Assembly (NCBI RefSeq): GCF_006345805.1
Contig: NC_042999.1
Coordinates: 164,548,001 to 164,612,000 of the forward strand
Length of the DNA stretch: 64,000 nt
Direction: 5' to 3'
Origin: Octopus sinensis
Lineage: Eukaryota
Part shown: in pieces, positions 38,051-51,344 of the stretch
Position numbering within the stretch: position 1 is the stretch's first letter
Layout of the letters: every line of letters begins with the position of its first letter
The notes under the pieces: model-generated
What the model was told of the DNA's origin: nothing
Database searches by the model: none
Seen by the model: the letters and a program-made list of their open reading frames with translations, nothing else
Position numbers and translations under genes: made by a program

Positions 38051-38170
38051 TTTATGTAACAATATTTCTTCATTTCTCAAACCAACAAATCTCATGCCCC
38101 TTCATGCTCCAGCAGTGTTAAGAGATAAAATTTTCCCTTGCATAGGACTCCAGTATGTATGTAAATATGT

Positions 38171-38217
<47 letters not shown>

Positions 38218-39309
38218 TATAGATATATAGATTTTCCTGGTTTTCCCAAAAATGTTGCTGCTTCTTTCATTGTAGAATTAGTTATTTTGTGAAAAGGCAG
38301 AAGAAAAGGTCAGCAGATATGAACTTGGGACCCATCAACTGGAGGTGGTATATTTTATCTTTATAGCTGACATAAATGAAATATCTGTTCAAAACATTAT
38401 CCAATTGCATGTCATGAAAATTAAATCTTTCAAAGAGATTCTTGCACTGTTGATTGTTCTGGATTACTCTGAAATTTGTTCAGCTTATGCCAGCAATAAT
38501 TATCAAATAATTACAGATTTGTTCAGATAATCTCTGGGAATGAATTCAATATTTAATATTTCGTATTTTCATTTTCTTTCACATTCTCTGACTTCCAACA
38601 AAGTCTGAGTAACAAATCTAACAAGCCAACTAACATCTAACACTTGGTGCATGGAGTTTTCAGTAATTAAAATACATATCGGGATTTCATTACTTCCAAG
38701 ATATTTTTCTTTCCAGGGAAATTTTACTATTTTATAAACAATTTTCTATGGGATGGGGTTGGCCCTTTTAGAACAATATTTCCAATGTAATACACTTATC
38801 TACTTTTTCAATTAATTTTAGAGAGTTTGAGTAAAATAACTTTTCATTATTAGGATGGTGTTTAGATCATAACAAATGGGTCTAAAATAAAATTATTAAA
38901 TACAGGTTTAAATTTAGGCTTGAATACTTCAGAGTAAATCAGTTTGTATTACAGAATCAAGGAAAATTAGTATTGACAGGTCAAAATACATTTAATATGA
39001 ATTAATGGAGTTATGCTTAATGGTGAAACTGAAGTGAAAACTTTGTCATTCAAAACAGACTGGGACAAACATTAACATACCATAATAAAAGTTAATGACA
39101 TTAATTGGAGGTAAGGACTGCTAAAGTTATGATCAGTATACCAGTACCTTAGATGTACAAGTAAATTCCTCATGGAAAAAGAAAAAGAAACCTTTATCCA
39201 CCAATTTTTAACAATCTTGAAGATACCATTAAACTGAGGAATAATGATATTTTGCTTCATGATATCTACAACAGCTTGTTGAAAACTGACAAAATGGATT
39301 AATAGTTTT

Positions 39310-39993
39310 AATAATAATATAATAATGAAATTATTGTATACAGTGCTCAGGTGCACCACAACTTGTCAAAAGTGCGTATAAAGCACATGCTGTAATGTAC
39401 AAATGTCTGGAAAGCGAACAATGCATGAGTCAGATACATGCCTGTGTGTGTATGGAGGGGAGAAAATCAGGTGTAGTGTTGGCGAATCTCAGGAAGCATG
39501 GAAGTTTTGAAGGATGCAGTGCTCCGACAACTAACAACTGATGCCGGCAGTTTGTTCCATGCTTCAGCAACTCTCAGCGTGAAAAAATGTTTCCTGAAGT
39601 CATGGGAGCTGTGCTGTTTTCTGACTTTGTAAATATGTCCACGGGTGTTAGAAGGGTGGAGTTTGAAAAGGTGCGCAGAGTTATTGTTTGTACGATGGTT
39701 GATAATTTTATGGGTGTCTGCCAAGTCAGCTGCCATACGTCGGAGTTTCAATGTGTCCATGCCCAGGGAAGTAAGGCATTCAGAATATGGCAAATGCCTG
39801 ATAGAGGGTATTCTTTTGGTTGCACGTCGCTGAATGGCTTCCAGACGATTGATATCCTGGGCAAGATAGGGGTTCCAGACCGGTGATGCAAATTCCAGGT
39901 GAGGTCTTACCATAGCTATATAAAGCTGCAGATAGATAGTCGGAGAGCGGCTCACAAAGGATTTGGTGAGTGATGCCAAGACACCCTCAGCCT
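39310..39993 (-). mobile_element. CR1-clade LINE 3' fragment with stop-free C-terminal ORF
   Basis: ORF 39467-39979: LYIAMVRPHLEFASPVWNPY..IQRRATK..YSE.L..L..L..RR..D..THKII..NTRGH.YK..RKHFFTLRVAEAWNKLP, a canonical CR1 RT C-terminus. It is followed by a short UTR and an AAT-rich tail. Confidence 0.92.
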
Positions 39994-40379
39994 AATCTAC
40001 CCATTACGTTCTGTGGACTAGTAGAAGTACTTCTTTCGTGTGTTCATGGACATAACAGTTTTGGAAATGCAAATACATGACCTGTAGATTGTTGAGTTTG
40101 CATTTTGTATACACCCATGATTTACCAAATGAACAACAGGTTTTCAACTTGAAAGTTTTGCATGCTTAGAGTTTTATTGATTACATTTCAGAGACTGCCT
40201 TATTTCAGTCTGTCAGGTGAGAAAACAAAATCTCACAGACATTTCTTTTTGTCTATCCTCCACAGTAAATCCTATTCACCATTGTTGGATTTGATATTTA
40301 ACTACCAGTAACTTTCATAGTGTATTTCACATGTGTTGTATCTATGAACTGATTTTATTAATCTAAATTTTGATATGAT

Positions 40380-40700
40380 AATGATCATGAAATTATTGTG
40401 TATAGTGCTCAGGTGCACTACAACTTATCAAAGGTGTGTGTATAGTACATAGAATTATGTATAAATGTTAGGAAAGTGAACAGTGTATGAATCATGATAT
40501 GCATGTGTATGGAGTAGGTGGAAATACCAGGTGTAGCGTTGGCAAATTTCAGGAAGCATGGAGGTTTTAAAGGATGCAGCATCTTGGTAGCTAACAACTG
40601 ATGCAGATAGTCTGTTCCATGCTTCAGCAACTCTGAGTGTGAAAAAAATGTTTCCAAAAGTCATGGGAGCTGTGCTGTTTTCTGACTTTGTAGGCATGCC
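40380..40700 (-). mobile_element. Second, shorter and more diverged CR1 3' fragment of the same family
   Basis: FFTLRVAEAWNRLSASVVSY..FKTSMLPEI and the same UTR (gtgctcaggtgcac.acaactt). Confidence 0.88.
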
Positions 40701-41049
40701 GATGTGTATTAGGACACATGGAATTCAAAAAGGTACTCAAGGTTGTTGGCACCGCAGTCTTCTTAAGAACTACAGAAAAACCTTTATGTACAAGAAAATA
40801 CTCTTATTAACTTATACACAATCATATGTGTGTGTGTGTGTTTAGTTCAACATACTCTGACAAGATGCATAGTTACCTAAAACATTGATGGACACTGACT
40901 GCATGGAATACACAACTTCTCATACACAATTTTCTGCCTGTCATACACACACACATAACTACAAGTAGAAGGATAAACTTCACAAGCAGTTAGTAGGAGG
41001 AGGTAAAGAAGCAGAAGATTTACACATCCATATATATGCGTGTGATTAT

Positions 41050-41090
<41 letters not shown>

Positions 41091-41309
41091 TGTGTGTGTA
41101 TATAAGAATGTGTTTGCATCTGTATACATGTATGTGTATATTTAAAATTTATAGTGACTATTACCATTAAAACTAGTTTCTCAAAGCATGTGTAGTCTAC
41201 TATCTCAAACATATTAGACTAGCAGGCAAGCAGACAGACAGGCAAGCAGACAGACAGACAGACAGATAAACAGATATGTAAAGTATCAAGGATAAGTTTC
41301 AAAGATGAA

Positions 41310-41900
41310 ACATGACTGATTTTGGGTCCTGTCTGACATTCAAACTCATCTTCACTGGTCTGCAGATCAGTATATCAACTGAACCCACTTCATTTAGACC
41401 CTGGGTACAAATAAAAATCTCTTGCCCAGATATAAAGCCTGTAAATTTCTCATTAGTTCTCTATAGATGTTTATCTTTTCTCCAATTTAGATTAAGCATT
41501 TACTACTACTGGGCAGCTGATCTCTATAGTAGAGCATGCATTTTTCTTGTCCAACAGTATCCTATCAGACCAGCTGTTTTAAATGTGTAGGTACATTTCA
41601 GTTCTGGTGTGCCATTGGTTTGGCCACCAGAGCAAACCCTCTTTTGCTGGAAGCATGGTAAATGGTTTTAGCAATAATGTTACGTCTCAGGAGCCTGTAG
41701 TATCTTGTGGGGATTGATGGACGGTTTCTAAAGATGCAGGCTATGTCTACCACACTGACATAATCAACGTTCATTCTGATGCTTAGAGGCATCCTTAGCT
41801 TTCATAATGATGAAGTATTTAGTAGCTATCTCCTGTTCATGGACAGTAGAGGCGCAGCCTTCTCGGTTAGATGTAAAGCATCCACCACAAGTCTAGGTGG
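41310..41900 (-). mobile_element. Highly degenerate LINE (RTE-like) endonuclease-region fragment
   Basis: The minus frame EVGSVDILICRPVKMSLNVRQ resembles the APE C-terminal motif VGSDHRIV.AKIRLSLR. Weak. Confidence 0.4.
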
Positions 41901-43034
41901 TGGCTACTCTTCATGTCAATGATTCTAGCATACAAGTGTATGTATGTATGTTATCTTGACACTTACAAATTTGAACTACACCTATGTATCAGCACAAGTG
42001 TCACAGGATAGCTGCAAAACTGTTAGTGTGAGGCTGATAAAGCTTCAATGTGAGAGTGGAGAATGATGTTAAAGTAGATGGAGAAACACTGAAACTTGAC
42101 AAGGAATAGTGGAAGAAGGGGTGTGGAAATAGTAGCTCTAGACAATTTTTCACCCAACTAGCCTTGTGTGTGTGTGTGTGTGAACAGAGATACACATATC
42201 CATATGCATACACTCGCATGCTGTTCTACATAGGACACTCATATATACAGACATGTGTCTAAACAGATACTCATACACACCCATACATGGTCACTCCTCT
42301 TACCCTTACGCACATACAGAGCAATAAACAAAATGGCTCCTTATGTTCTGAGTTTTCAGGCATGGGTGGTACCTTTAGCTCAGTCATGGGTCAAATATCT
42401 ACATCTAATTCACTAGTCTTCTTACTTTCTCTCTCTCTCTCTAAATTTCTAGGTTTTAATCATCAGCACTTAATGATATTCTTCACATAGAAACTATTTT
42501 TTCATTATTTCTATTGTTTTTTTTTATTCTCCTCATTTATTCAGGATAATGCAACTGGCCTTAATGTTTTCAATTGTAAATGTTTTTTTTAGAAATTTGT
42601 TTTCAGGTTTCTGTTTTAAACATACAAAATTATGAACCTAAAAAAAAGATTAAAGGCAGTGATTATAGATTAATGTTTTAGGGCAAGGTTAAGTTTTAGG
42701 GTTTAGGCTATAGGATTTAGGGTTAGAGCTTGGGGACTAAACAAAGAAGAAACAGAATTCAAATACTCAATTGGTGAATTTTTCATTTGATTTTTATTTT
42801 GTCTATTTTCTTACTTTTCAATTTTTGTTTGCAGAATCATAATATGGTATATAAAACTGAAATCTAAATAAACTTTCTAAAATATATAAAAAAATGTAAT
42901 ACAGGTCAGTCTGATATTCTGCCTATGGTTTGTCCATAAGCTTTTGGAAGTAAATTAGGTTGCAACATTAATGACAATGTTCTGTTTCTTCAGTCTGGGC
43001 AATACTAGGTATTTCAGCTAGTAACCTCTGCAGG

Positions 43035-44055
43035 CAACTAAGGTAGACTGTATGATGCATGTGTGTGAACTGCCATGCTACACAACAGTGAAACATGGGC
43101 CATGACTGCTGAGGACATGCGCAGGCTTGAAAGAAATGAAGCTAATATGATCTGCTGGATGTGTGATGTCAGTGTGCATACATTACAGAGTGTAAGCGCC
43201 CTGAGAGAAAAGTTGGACATAAAAAGCATTAAATGTGGTGAGCAAGAGAGATGAATGTGCTGGTATGATCATGTGTTATGTATGGATGAGAACAGCTGTG
43301 TGAGAAAGTGCCACTCCCTAATGGTGAAAGGAACCTGTGGAAGAGGTAGACCCAGGAAGACATGGGATGAGATGGTGGAGCATGGCCTTCGAATATTGCG
43401 ACTCACAGAGGCAACGACAGGAGACCGAGACCTTTGGAGATATGCTGTGACTGAGGAGACATGGAAACTAAAGTGAGATTGCAGCTATGGTTGATGCCAG
43501 TGTTGCATGTCCGGCCCATTTAAGAGTATCCTTGATAAGTCAGGTGATATGATATGCTTGAGAAGACCTGTTGGGTCAAGTAAAACCAAAATCGCAGCTG
43601 TTGCCAGTGTCCCCTGACTGGCTCCTGTGCTGGTGGCATGTAAAAAGCACCACCTGAATGTGGCTGATGCCAGTACCCCCTGACTTGTTTTCATGCCGGT
43701 GGCATGTAAAGAGCACTATCTGAATGTGATCAATGCCAGGATCGCCTGACTGCCCCCACTCCACGCCTCATGCCAGTGCCAGTGGCATGTAAAAAGCACC
43801 ATCTGAACATGGCCAATGCCAGTACCCCTGATTGGCTCCTGTGCCGGTGGCACATAAAAACCACTATCCAAACGTGATTGATGCCAGGTCCATCTGACTG
43901 GCTTCTGTGCCGGTGTCATGTAAAAAGCACCCACTATATTCTTGGAGTAATTGGCATTAGGAAGGGCATCTATCTGTAGAAACATTGCCAGTCCTCAGTC
44001 AAACCGTCCAACCCATGCCAGCATGGAAAGAGGATGTTAAACAATGATGATGATG
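43035..44055 (+). mobile_element. 5'-truncated RTE LINE: ORF end, 3' UTR with five ~65-bp units, (GAT)n tail
   Basis: TWAMTAEDMRRLERNE..WYDHVLCMDENSCVRKC..KGTCGRGRPRKTWDEMV. The unit core tggcatgtaaaaagcac recurs at ~43633, 43700, 43783, 43848 and 43914. Confidence 0.88.
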
Positions 44056-44649
44056 ATTTACTTCTGTTGATCATGCATTGACGAGAATGTTTTTGACCCT
44101 TTTGGCCAACTCAGGATCCCAGTCTCTTTTGATTGGTTCACATCGTTTAACACTCAATCTCTTTTCTTTCTCTCTTTCTGTCTCTCTCCTCTCACTTTCT
44201 CTTTATACTTATATCTTTCATTACCTTTCGTTCAATCTTACATAGTTTCTTTAAGCTGTGTCTTCATTTTCTCCCTCCACCCTTTCTTTTTGTTCTTTCC
44301 TTTTTCCTTCTCCCTGTTCACAAGTACAAACACTTTATCTATGCTGTATTCTCATATTATACTTCGTTTATCTTTGTATGTGTTTTCACTTGGGGCTCAT
44401 GTCCACTGGGGGGAGCATTCATTGAATAAAAACATGTTAATAAATTTCCATTATTACTTTACCATGCTGGACATGGCTGTAATATAACATCAAAGGATCT
44501 GTCCCACTGATTATCTTCTATCTTTCATGAAACCTAGCAGCAGAGCTGTCAATGCATGGTTAATCTCACTACAAGCTATTCTATAGTAACCAGTGTGTCT
44601 TAATTTCTGGATTGTTGTCAGTCTGCTAGAGATATCATCCCAGGAATTT

Positions 44650-44990
44650 GAAACCAGTTCTGTGCACACCTCATGGGTGTGCAAGATGGCATGTCAGAGG
44701 ATGTGACAAAGAGACCAAGTATATAAATTATTTAAATTACTTATGAATTATTTTATTAAGGCTACCAAAACTTAATTTTTGTATAAATGTACATTTTATG
44801 ACCAACAACCGTGTCTTCTTCATTCCATTTGCAATTGCAGACTTGTGTGAATCTGGATTCAGTTCTCTTCTGTCAATGAAGACGAAATCTAGAACTCAGA
44901 CAAACCTTCAGATCACAGTCAGCAAGAAAGTTCTGTAGTTGAATAGAATCCGAAATGAGAAGCAGCAACAAGGACATCATTGAATTTCAT
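44650..44990 (+). mobile_element. hAT (Buster/Charlie-like) transposase C-terminal relic
   Basis: 44816-44983 translates IPFAIADLCESGFSSLLSMKTKSR..KQQQGHH* (cf. LPF.TTYLCESGFS.L..IKTK.R...Q.SH). An upstream tgcacacc/ggtgtgca subterminal palindrome is present. Confidence 0.6.
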
Positions 44991-46473
44991 ATTCACAATA
45001 TAAATGAATTAACTGGGATATTTTTTCTAACTTTTGTTTCTTTCTAATTGCTCCAAGTAATTAGTGCAGTGAGTCAAAAGCCCATTGTTTAATTTGTTCA
45101 TTCACGGTGTACAATTGAATCCATTAAAAGGACTCTTACATCATTGTGTCATTACTTTAAAGATAATTGAGAAAATTCATCAAATATTTCCTAGGAGTAC
45201 ACAAATGATTGGAAACCACTGCACTACAAAATTAAAATTCTGACAAAGAAGTTTTTACTTGCAGAATATCATAATTGCTGGTGCTTAAGACCTAGAAATC
45301 CAAAGAAAAACATACATTACACAACCACCATTTTCACTAATTAACCAGCACAAAGTTCTTATATATCTTTCAAAGCCACTTCCCACATGGCTTGAGTATT
45401 GTTGCTCTCCTTGAGAGTTTTGATATTTGTCATATTCACCATTAGACATTTTGAACAGAAGTTAATTGTTCCAAATTTGGAACTTCTTAAATCACTACTA
45501 AAAACCACCCATACAACCTTAGCCTATGTCTGTGCCCACCAGACTAATGAGTGTGGGAACTAAATACAGGCCAGTTCCAGATTGACAATTGGGGAGGACA
45601 GCACTTTGTTTGTTATTAGCTAAAAACTTCATCTCCATACAAAAACAAGGTCATCATCATGTCTTTCTTGAGTTGATGCTCTGTTTTGTGGCCATTATAT
45701 ATATCTGTATTCATCTATGTTGTTCAAATACATTCCTACTGGCAACACTGAGTTAGTTGTCTTAATTCATATTTGTTTTACACACACAAATATAAGAATA
45801 CGAAATAAGGTACAACATAAATACTCGATTGATTTGTTGTTCCCTCACTTGTCTTGTCTTTTGCTTTCTGTAAATTGAACTTTATATATATATATATATA
45901 TATATACTATATATATATATATATATATATAAATGGCATTTTTTCCCCTTAACTGGTTTTTCACACTGAATACCTGATAAAGTCTTATATAGATTTTATC
46001 CTTACATTTAATTATATATATATATATACAAACACATATATATACACATAAATATATATATATATATATATAATATAATATATATATATACAGATATATA
46101 TATATGCATTTGATTTTTTAATGTCTCTACCCTCATACTTTCTTGGGTTGAATTGAGCAAGCACTATATGAGAGAGGTTTTCTTTAAGTGTTAGAAATAG
46201 TTTTTTTAGCTGCTATTTCTAACGAGTTCAGTATGCGGCAAAGTAATTTATTTTACTAAGCCCTTTTATATAATGTAATAATTTGAATTTGCCTTAAATG
46301 GTCCCTTTGCATACTGAATACTTGGTGAAATTGATTAATTAATTAATTAATTTTACCCTCAATTGTTGAAATATATACAGATATATATATATATATATAT
46401 ACAGATATATATATATATACAGATATATATATATATATATATATATACAGATATATATATATATACAGATATA

Positions 46474-46858
46474 TCTCTCTATATATAAACGGCAGTTTGT
46501 CTGTGTGTGTGTCTGTGTGTCTGTCACGTTGTACCCTCACCCTGACCACGGCTTTCAACCGATTCTGATGAAACTTGACACACTCATAGCCCAATGTCAT
46601 AATTCAAAACTAACGCAGCGAAAATTTTGAAAAGTTCCCCCAGTTCTGAAAAAAATCGATAAATTCGACATGGGGTCGAGAATCAGAAACACAAACCACA
46701 GACTGTCTAGGGGACGCAACTCGACCCTTTTAACGCTCAAAAAAAAATTTACCATAATTTTTTTCCACTTTTTTGCTATTTTTTGGCTATAACTCTCTAA
46801 AAATGCTTATATAGTTATTTCCCTTACAAACCCGAGCAACGCTGGGCGATACTGCTAG
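46474..46858 (+). mobile_element. Non-autonomous Helitron (~385 bp)
   Basis: 5' TC(tc)tatatataaa, 3' hairpin cccgagcaacgctggg followed by CTAG|T, embedded in (TA)n. The last 65 bp are 63/65 identical to 26293-26357. Confidence 0.85.
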
Positions 46859-46872
46859 TATATATATATAAT

Positions 46873-47172
46873 CTTTTACATTTTTTCAGTCATTTGACTG
46901 TGGCCATGCTGGGGCACTGCCTTGAAGGTTTTAGTTGAACAAATATACCCCAGGACCAAGTCCTGGGGTATAAACACAGACAGAAAGACATACACACACA
47001 CACACATGTGGCAGGCTTCTTTCAGTTTCCTTCTACCAAATCCACTCACAAGGCTTTGGTTGGCCTGAAGTTATAGAAAAAGATGCTTGCTCAAGATGCC
47101 AAGCAGTGGGACTGAACCCGGAACCATGGGACTGAACCCGGAAACAAGCCTTTTACCACACAGCCCCACCTG
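46873..47172 (-). mobile_element. tRNA-derived SINE family B with duplicated B-box segment
   Basis: tgggactgaacccggaa occurs twice, 20 bp apart (47107, 47127). Confidence 0.8.
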
Positions 47173-47239
47173 TGCCTATATTCTATATATATTTATATGA
47201 AAGAAAGAATTTAGGATGAAATCAACTCCTATATTACTG

Positions 47240-47590
47240 GTTCCTAATTTATAAGAAATATGCCGGACGTTCAGCCCATTTCTGCTGACTGCCACGTTGC
47301 TTCAAGTTGGTACATGGTCTATGACCTCAGATTCAGCAAGGAACTGTGCTTTTTCTTTGTCTTTTTGACTTTTAATTCAATGGCCGTTGCTCCCCAGAAC
47401 TGGCTGATTTCCTCCTACTTCATTTGGCTACTCTCACTTCACTCTACTCTTCTCTTATCACCCATACTGTCAGTTATGCATTAGTCCTGTATGAAACACT
47501 ATACTCAGTAAACCCTCTGGAATTTTCTCCCTACATATTTTTTCTGCAGATGATGACATTCAACAGGAATGTTAACCATATCAGTCTCAG
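47240..47590 (+). mobile_element. CR1/L2-group LINE 3' fragment
   Basis: FNGRCSPELADF..THTV..LEFSPYIF..TFNRNVNHISL, the same motif family as 16200-16620. Confidence 0.5.
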
Positions 47591-47919
47591 CAGGTTTAAA
47601 GGGACAGCAACTATCAAAGCACGACCCTTTCTCCAGACCAATCTGATTGAAAAAATATATAGACACCCTTATTCAAATATCAAATACATTGTAGCTTTCT
47701 TGTTGTACACATTTATTTATACAACTGATTGGGCCACAGCAGTAAATGCAATGGAACAGTACAGTAGATAATGAGTCAATTAAAACCCAAAATGAATTAG
47801 CATGAGAGTTTTTTTTTATCTGGATGATAATTAGACAATTAGTTAATTATATAAGTAAAAGTATATTTAATAAGTAAAACATTAAAATGTGAAAATATAT
47901 TTATGTATCTTTTCTCTTT

Positions 47920-48222
47920 TATCTTGTTTCAGTGATGAGACTGTGACCATGCTGGGGCAGCAACGTGAGGAATTTTAATTGCACTAATTGACCCCAGTAC
48001 CTATTTTATTTTTAAGCATGGTACTTTATCAGTCTCTTTTGCTCAACTGCTAAGTTACAGGGACATAAGCACACGAGCACTAGTTGTCAAGCAGTAGTGG
48101 GGTACACACACAACAGGCTTCTTCCAGTTTCCATCTACCAAATCCACTCACACAGCTTTGGTAAAAGACACTTGCCCAAGGTACCATACATTAGGAGTGA
48201 ACCTAAAACCATGTGGTTGAGA
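47920..48222 (-). mobile_element. tRNA-derived SINE family B
   Basis: ttgtttcagtgatgagactgtgaccatgctgggg..caaatccactcac..gacacttgcccaaggt. Confidence 0.75.
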
Positions 48223-49525
48223 TTAGTAGAAGAGAGTTAATATCTTTCTTTAATGCAAAAGCACAAAAATGCAATCGCAACAAATGTATTGAGGATGCAA
48301 TGTTGCACCACACCCTCTCTATACATGAATAATAAATAAACTTATACAAATTGTTATGCCTCACAGCCTCTGATAATCTCTTTTTCATATATAGAATCAG
48401 CAAAACTGCACCACAAAGACTAGGCCTTGATGTTTGTCAGACACCACAAAATATTTTAGATCATTCTGATCAGCTGCTAAGCCTCAACAAAACACAAGTG
48501 AGCCTCATATTTAGAGCACTGCTCAGTTATCAAGGACAGTATTACTGCTACACATGCCAATATATCTGACTATATGCAGCTGATCAGCAAGAATCACATA
48601 CCAACACAATGATCATTGCTTTTTCTTCTCTCTGACTTTTATATTGTTACTGTAATGGCTTCTTCTCACTCGAAAAGACTTTTTCTTCACAATCATAGAA
48701 CCAATTCCAAAATATCAGTTTCTTTTCCATGATATATAAACTTATTCAAACTCATGAATTTCACTGTATACTGGTTTCTGTTTCTCTGAACTAACAAATA
48801 GTCTACTAACTCTGTTTTAGACCATTTAACCTTCTCTCAGTATCCTATTCATCTGATCCAACTTTTACCAACCATTCCTCTACACACGTTCTATTCTTCT
48901 GGAATCAAGCTACAGAAGTTCAAATTGAATATCAACCCCATTGATCACACCTATTTGGAGGACCTCTGAAGAAAACAAGTGTTGCCTCGTCTCTTCCTTC
49001 ACTTGGTTTCTATACTTGGCACTAAAAATGATATTAGATATTAGATCACATATAGCTTTAGCTTCTTCAATTTTGAATCATCAAATATTCATTCCCCAAC
49101 ATAATTACCTAGCTGAACCAATCAAACAAAGCTTCAATTATCAAGTTATATTTACAGGTAATTTGAACTAAGAACTCTCTTTTACAGTATTCGCATTTTC
49201 TTAAGTGTGAAACATAACTTCCAAGTAAATGAACTTGGCTGGTGAGAGTCAAGTGCCTTAGTGCATGCAACAAAATTAAACAGACAGACAGACAGACAGA
49301 CAGTTAACTGATGTTAACAGAGGAGCTGAAATACCCCATTCATTCAACTTAAAAGTTATTATGCCTTCTCTGCTCAAATAACTTGTTATTAAGGAAGGTA
49401 TTGACCAATGTGCGAAAATGCTCAATCTTGATAGCTGCAATTGTATTGCATTGCAAAATATTAGGACATACTTGTGAGATAAACTTGGGTTGCACAAAAG
49501 ATACAATATCTAATACTTTTAGTTT

Positions 49526-49760
49526 TTAGTTTAGCTGTCTTCCCAGATACTTCAATGATTTCACGCAAGCACACCCTCCATCGCAGTCTCCCATGCATCT
49601 TTTTAATTCATCAACATTTGCCATTCCACTGTCCAGGAGCAAATTGTCCACATAGGTTAGATGTTTTCTTCCCCTGTTGATTCTTGCTTCAACTGATTGC
49701 CACAATGCCAGTTGACACATGGGTTCTAGGACTACATTCCACAATATCGGTACATATTAA
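49526..49760 (-). mobile_element. RTE LINE C-terminal fragment (different subfamily)
   Basis: LALWQ..RINRGRKHLTYVDNLLLDSG..VDELKRCMGD resembles LVLWEP..RGRP.LTYID.L..DTG..EL..M.DR. Confidence 0.55.
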
Positions 49761-51344
49761 TAAGATAAGGTCGATATGTTGTATAAAACACATTATCATT
49801 GATATTTTACACACTACTTGCACTCAAGGATACTAGTGTCACCAGCTGCCAGCTGGTGACCACAACCGTTTTTGGTACCTTCCAACAGTATTGATCCAGC
49901 CAGCAGTGTTGAATAGCATTGGTGCTGCTGCTGGAAGATGTCCAGGTTCCTTTTTAAGCCACACTGAAGGAAGTTGTTTTACTTTCCTGCTCCTATTAGC
50001 CATGCAGCCATCACATCAGGCGGCCACGTGCAGTTGTAAGCAGTAAGCGTATTGTTTCACCACTTGCTGAAAATGTGTTCCCTGATCTCATCTTTTGTGC
50101 TACATTAAGACATATTAATAAAACTATCAAGTGAGAGTGGATAGATTGTATGAAGCATTATAATACTGCATCACAAAGTGTTGCTACATATATACAGATA
50201 TAAAGTGGATGTGTAGTACAAAACATAATACCACAATACACAATTGTATTGGTAGACACTAGTAATATAGAGTGGATGTATAGTACAAAACATGACATAT
50301 TATTACATTACATATATTTGTACAGACAATAAGATGAAGTTAATGTGTTGCACAAAACACATTGGAACAACTTGCATGATCAAAGCATTTTAAGCTCAGT
50401 TTGTCTCACTGGTATTTATGCAGGCTGGAAACTTGTGTTGTCTCTAATGTATGAACAGGAAACAGATGCTTATTGAGACATCAAAGGAATTTAAAGTAGA
50501 AAGCCTTTTCTACTTAACCAATCACAGGCGATAACAACTATCAGCTGGAATTTTGAGTGCCAATGGATAGAAATAATCCAGAAAATTTAGGATCTGTTAA
50601 TTCTTTTAAATTACATAACAGTGTTTTATCAATTTAATGAAACACTTGCAAACCTTGATTTTGAGAATAGTGATAAGATCATTGATTATTGGTGTCAGTT
50701 ACCACACTAACTGCCACTTGAGTAGGAAGTTTGTTTTTCTAACTTAAGAAGCAGTGCCAAAACAGTACATGAGACAGATAACAGAGAGTTGTGAGCTTGA
50801 GAACAGTTATGCCTCTATTAGCTATGGTCTTTTTGTCTAATCATACACATTTTTATATAAAATTCTTATAAACACACACACACACATACAGAGGGACACC
50901 TGTATAAAACTGTGGTAGGTTTCACATGTGTAATTTGAGGTGAAAAAACTTACATCAACTTAGACTATTTATGCAATTAAAGGCAAAATATTTCCTTTAA
51001 GAGTGTTTAAAATCTCAAACATACAAACAAGGGAGATAACATCGATAAAATTACAATTGATTTTGAAAAATATATACAAGTGCACTATATTATACAACAT
51101 TAGTACATACTAGTAAGGTAAGGTTATTGTATAGCCAAAAAAAAAAGGGAAAAAGGTACAAATTCTGAAACTTCAATATTCAATATTGGTACATACTAGT
51201 AAGATTTGGTCTTTAATAACAACTCATGAAAGCACCAGACATATTTAGGTCTTTTTAGAATTTCTCATCAAAGCATATTCTACTTGGCAAGACTAAGAGT
51301 GCTCAATACATACATACATGCATACATATTGATATATATGTACC

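Noticed and set aside
39072-39359. Minus ORF with TDHNFSSP, superficially like the C1b start (HTY.SPTFCDHC)
   Set aside because: The Cys/His zinc ligands and suitable splice sites are missing.
42675-42735. Interstitial telomere
   Set aside because: Only scattered ttaggg hexamers in a degenerate tract; more likely part of a transposon.
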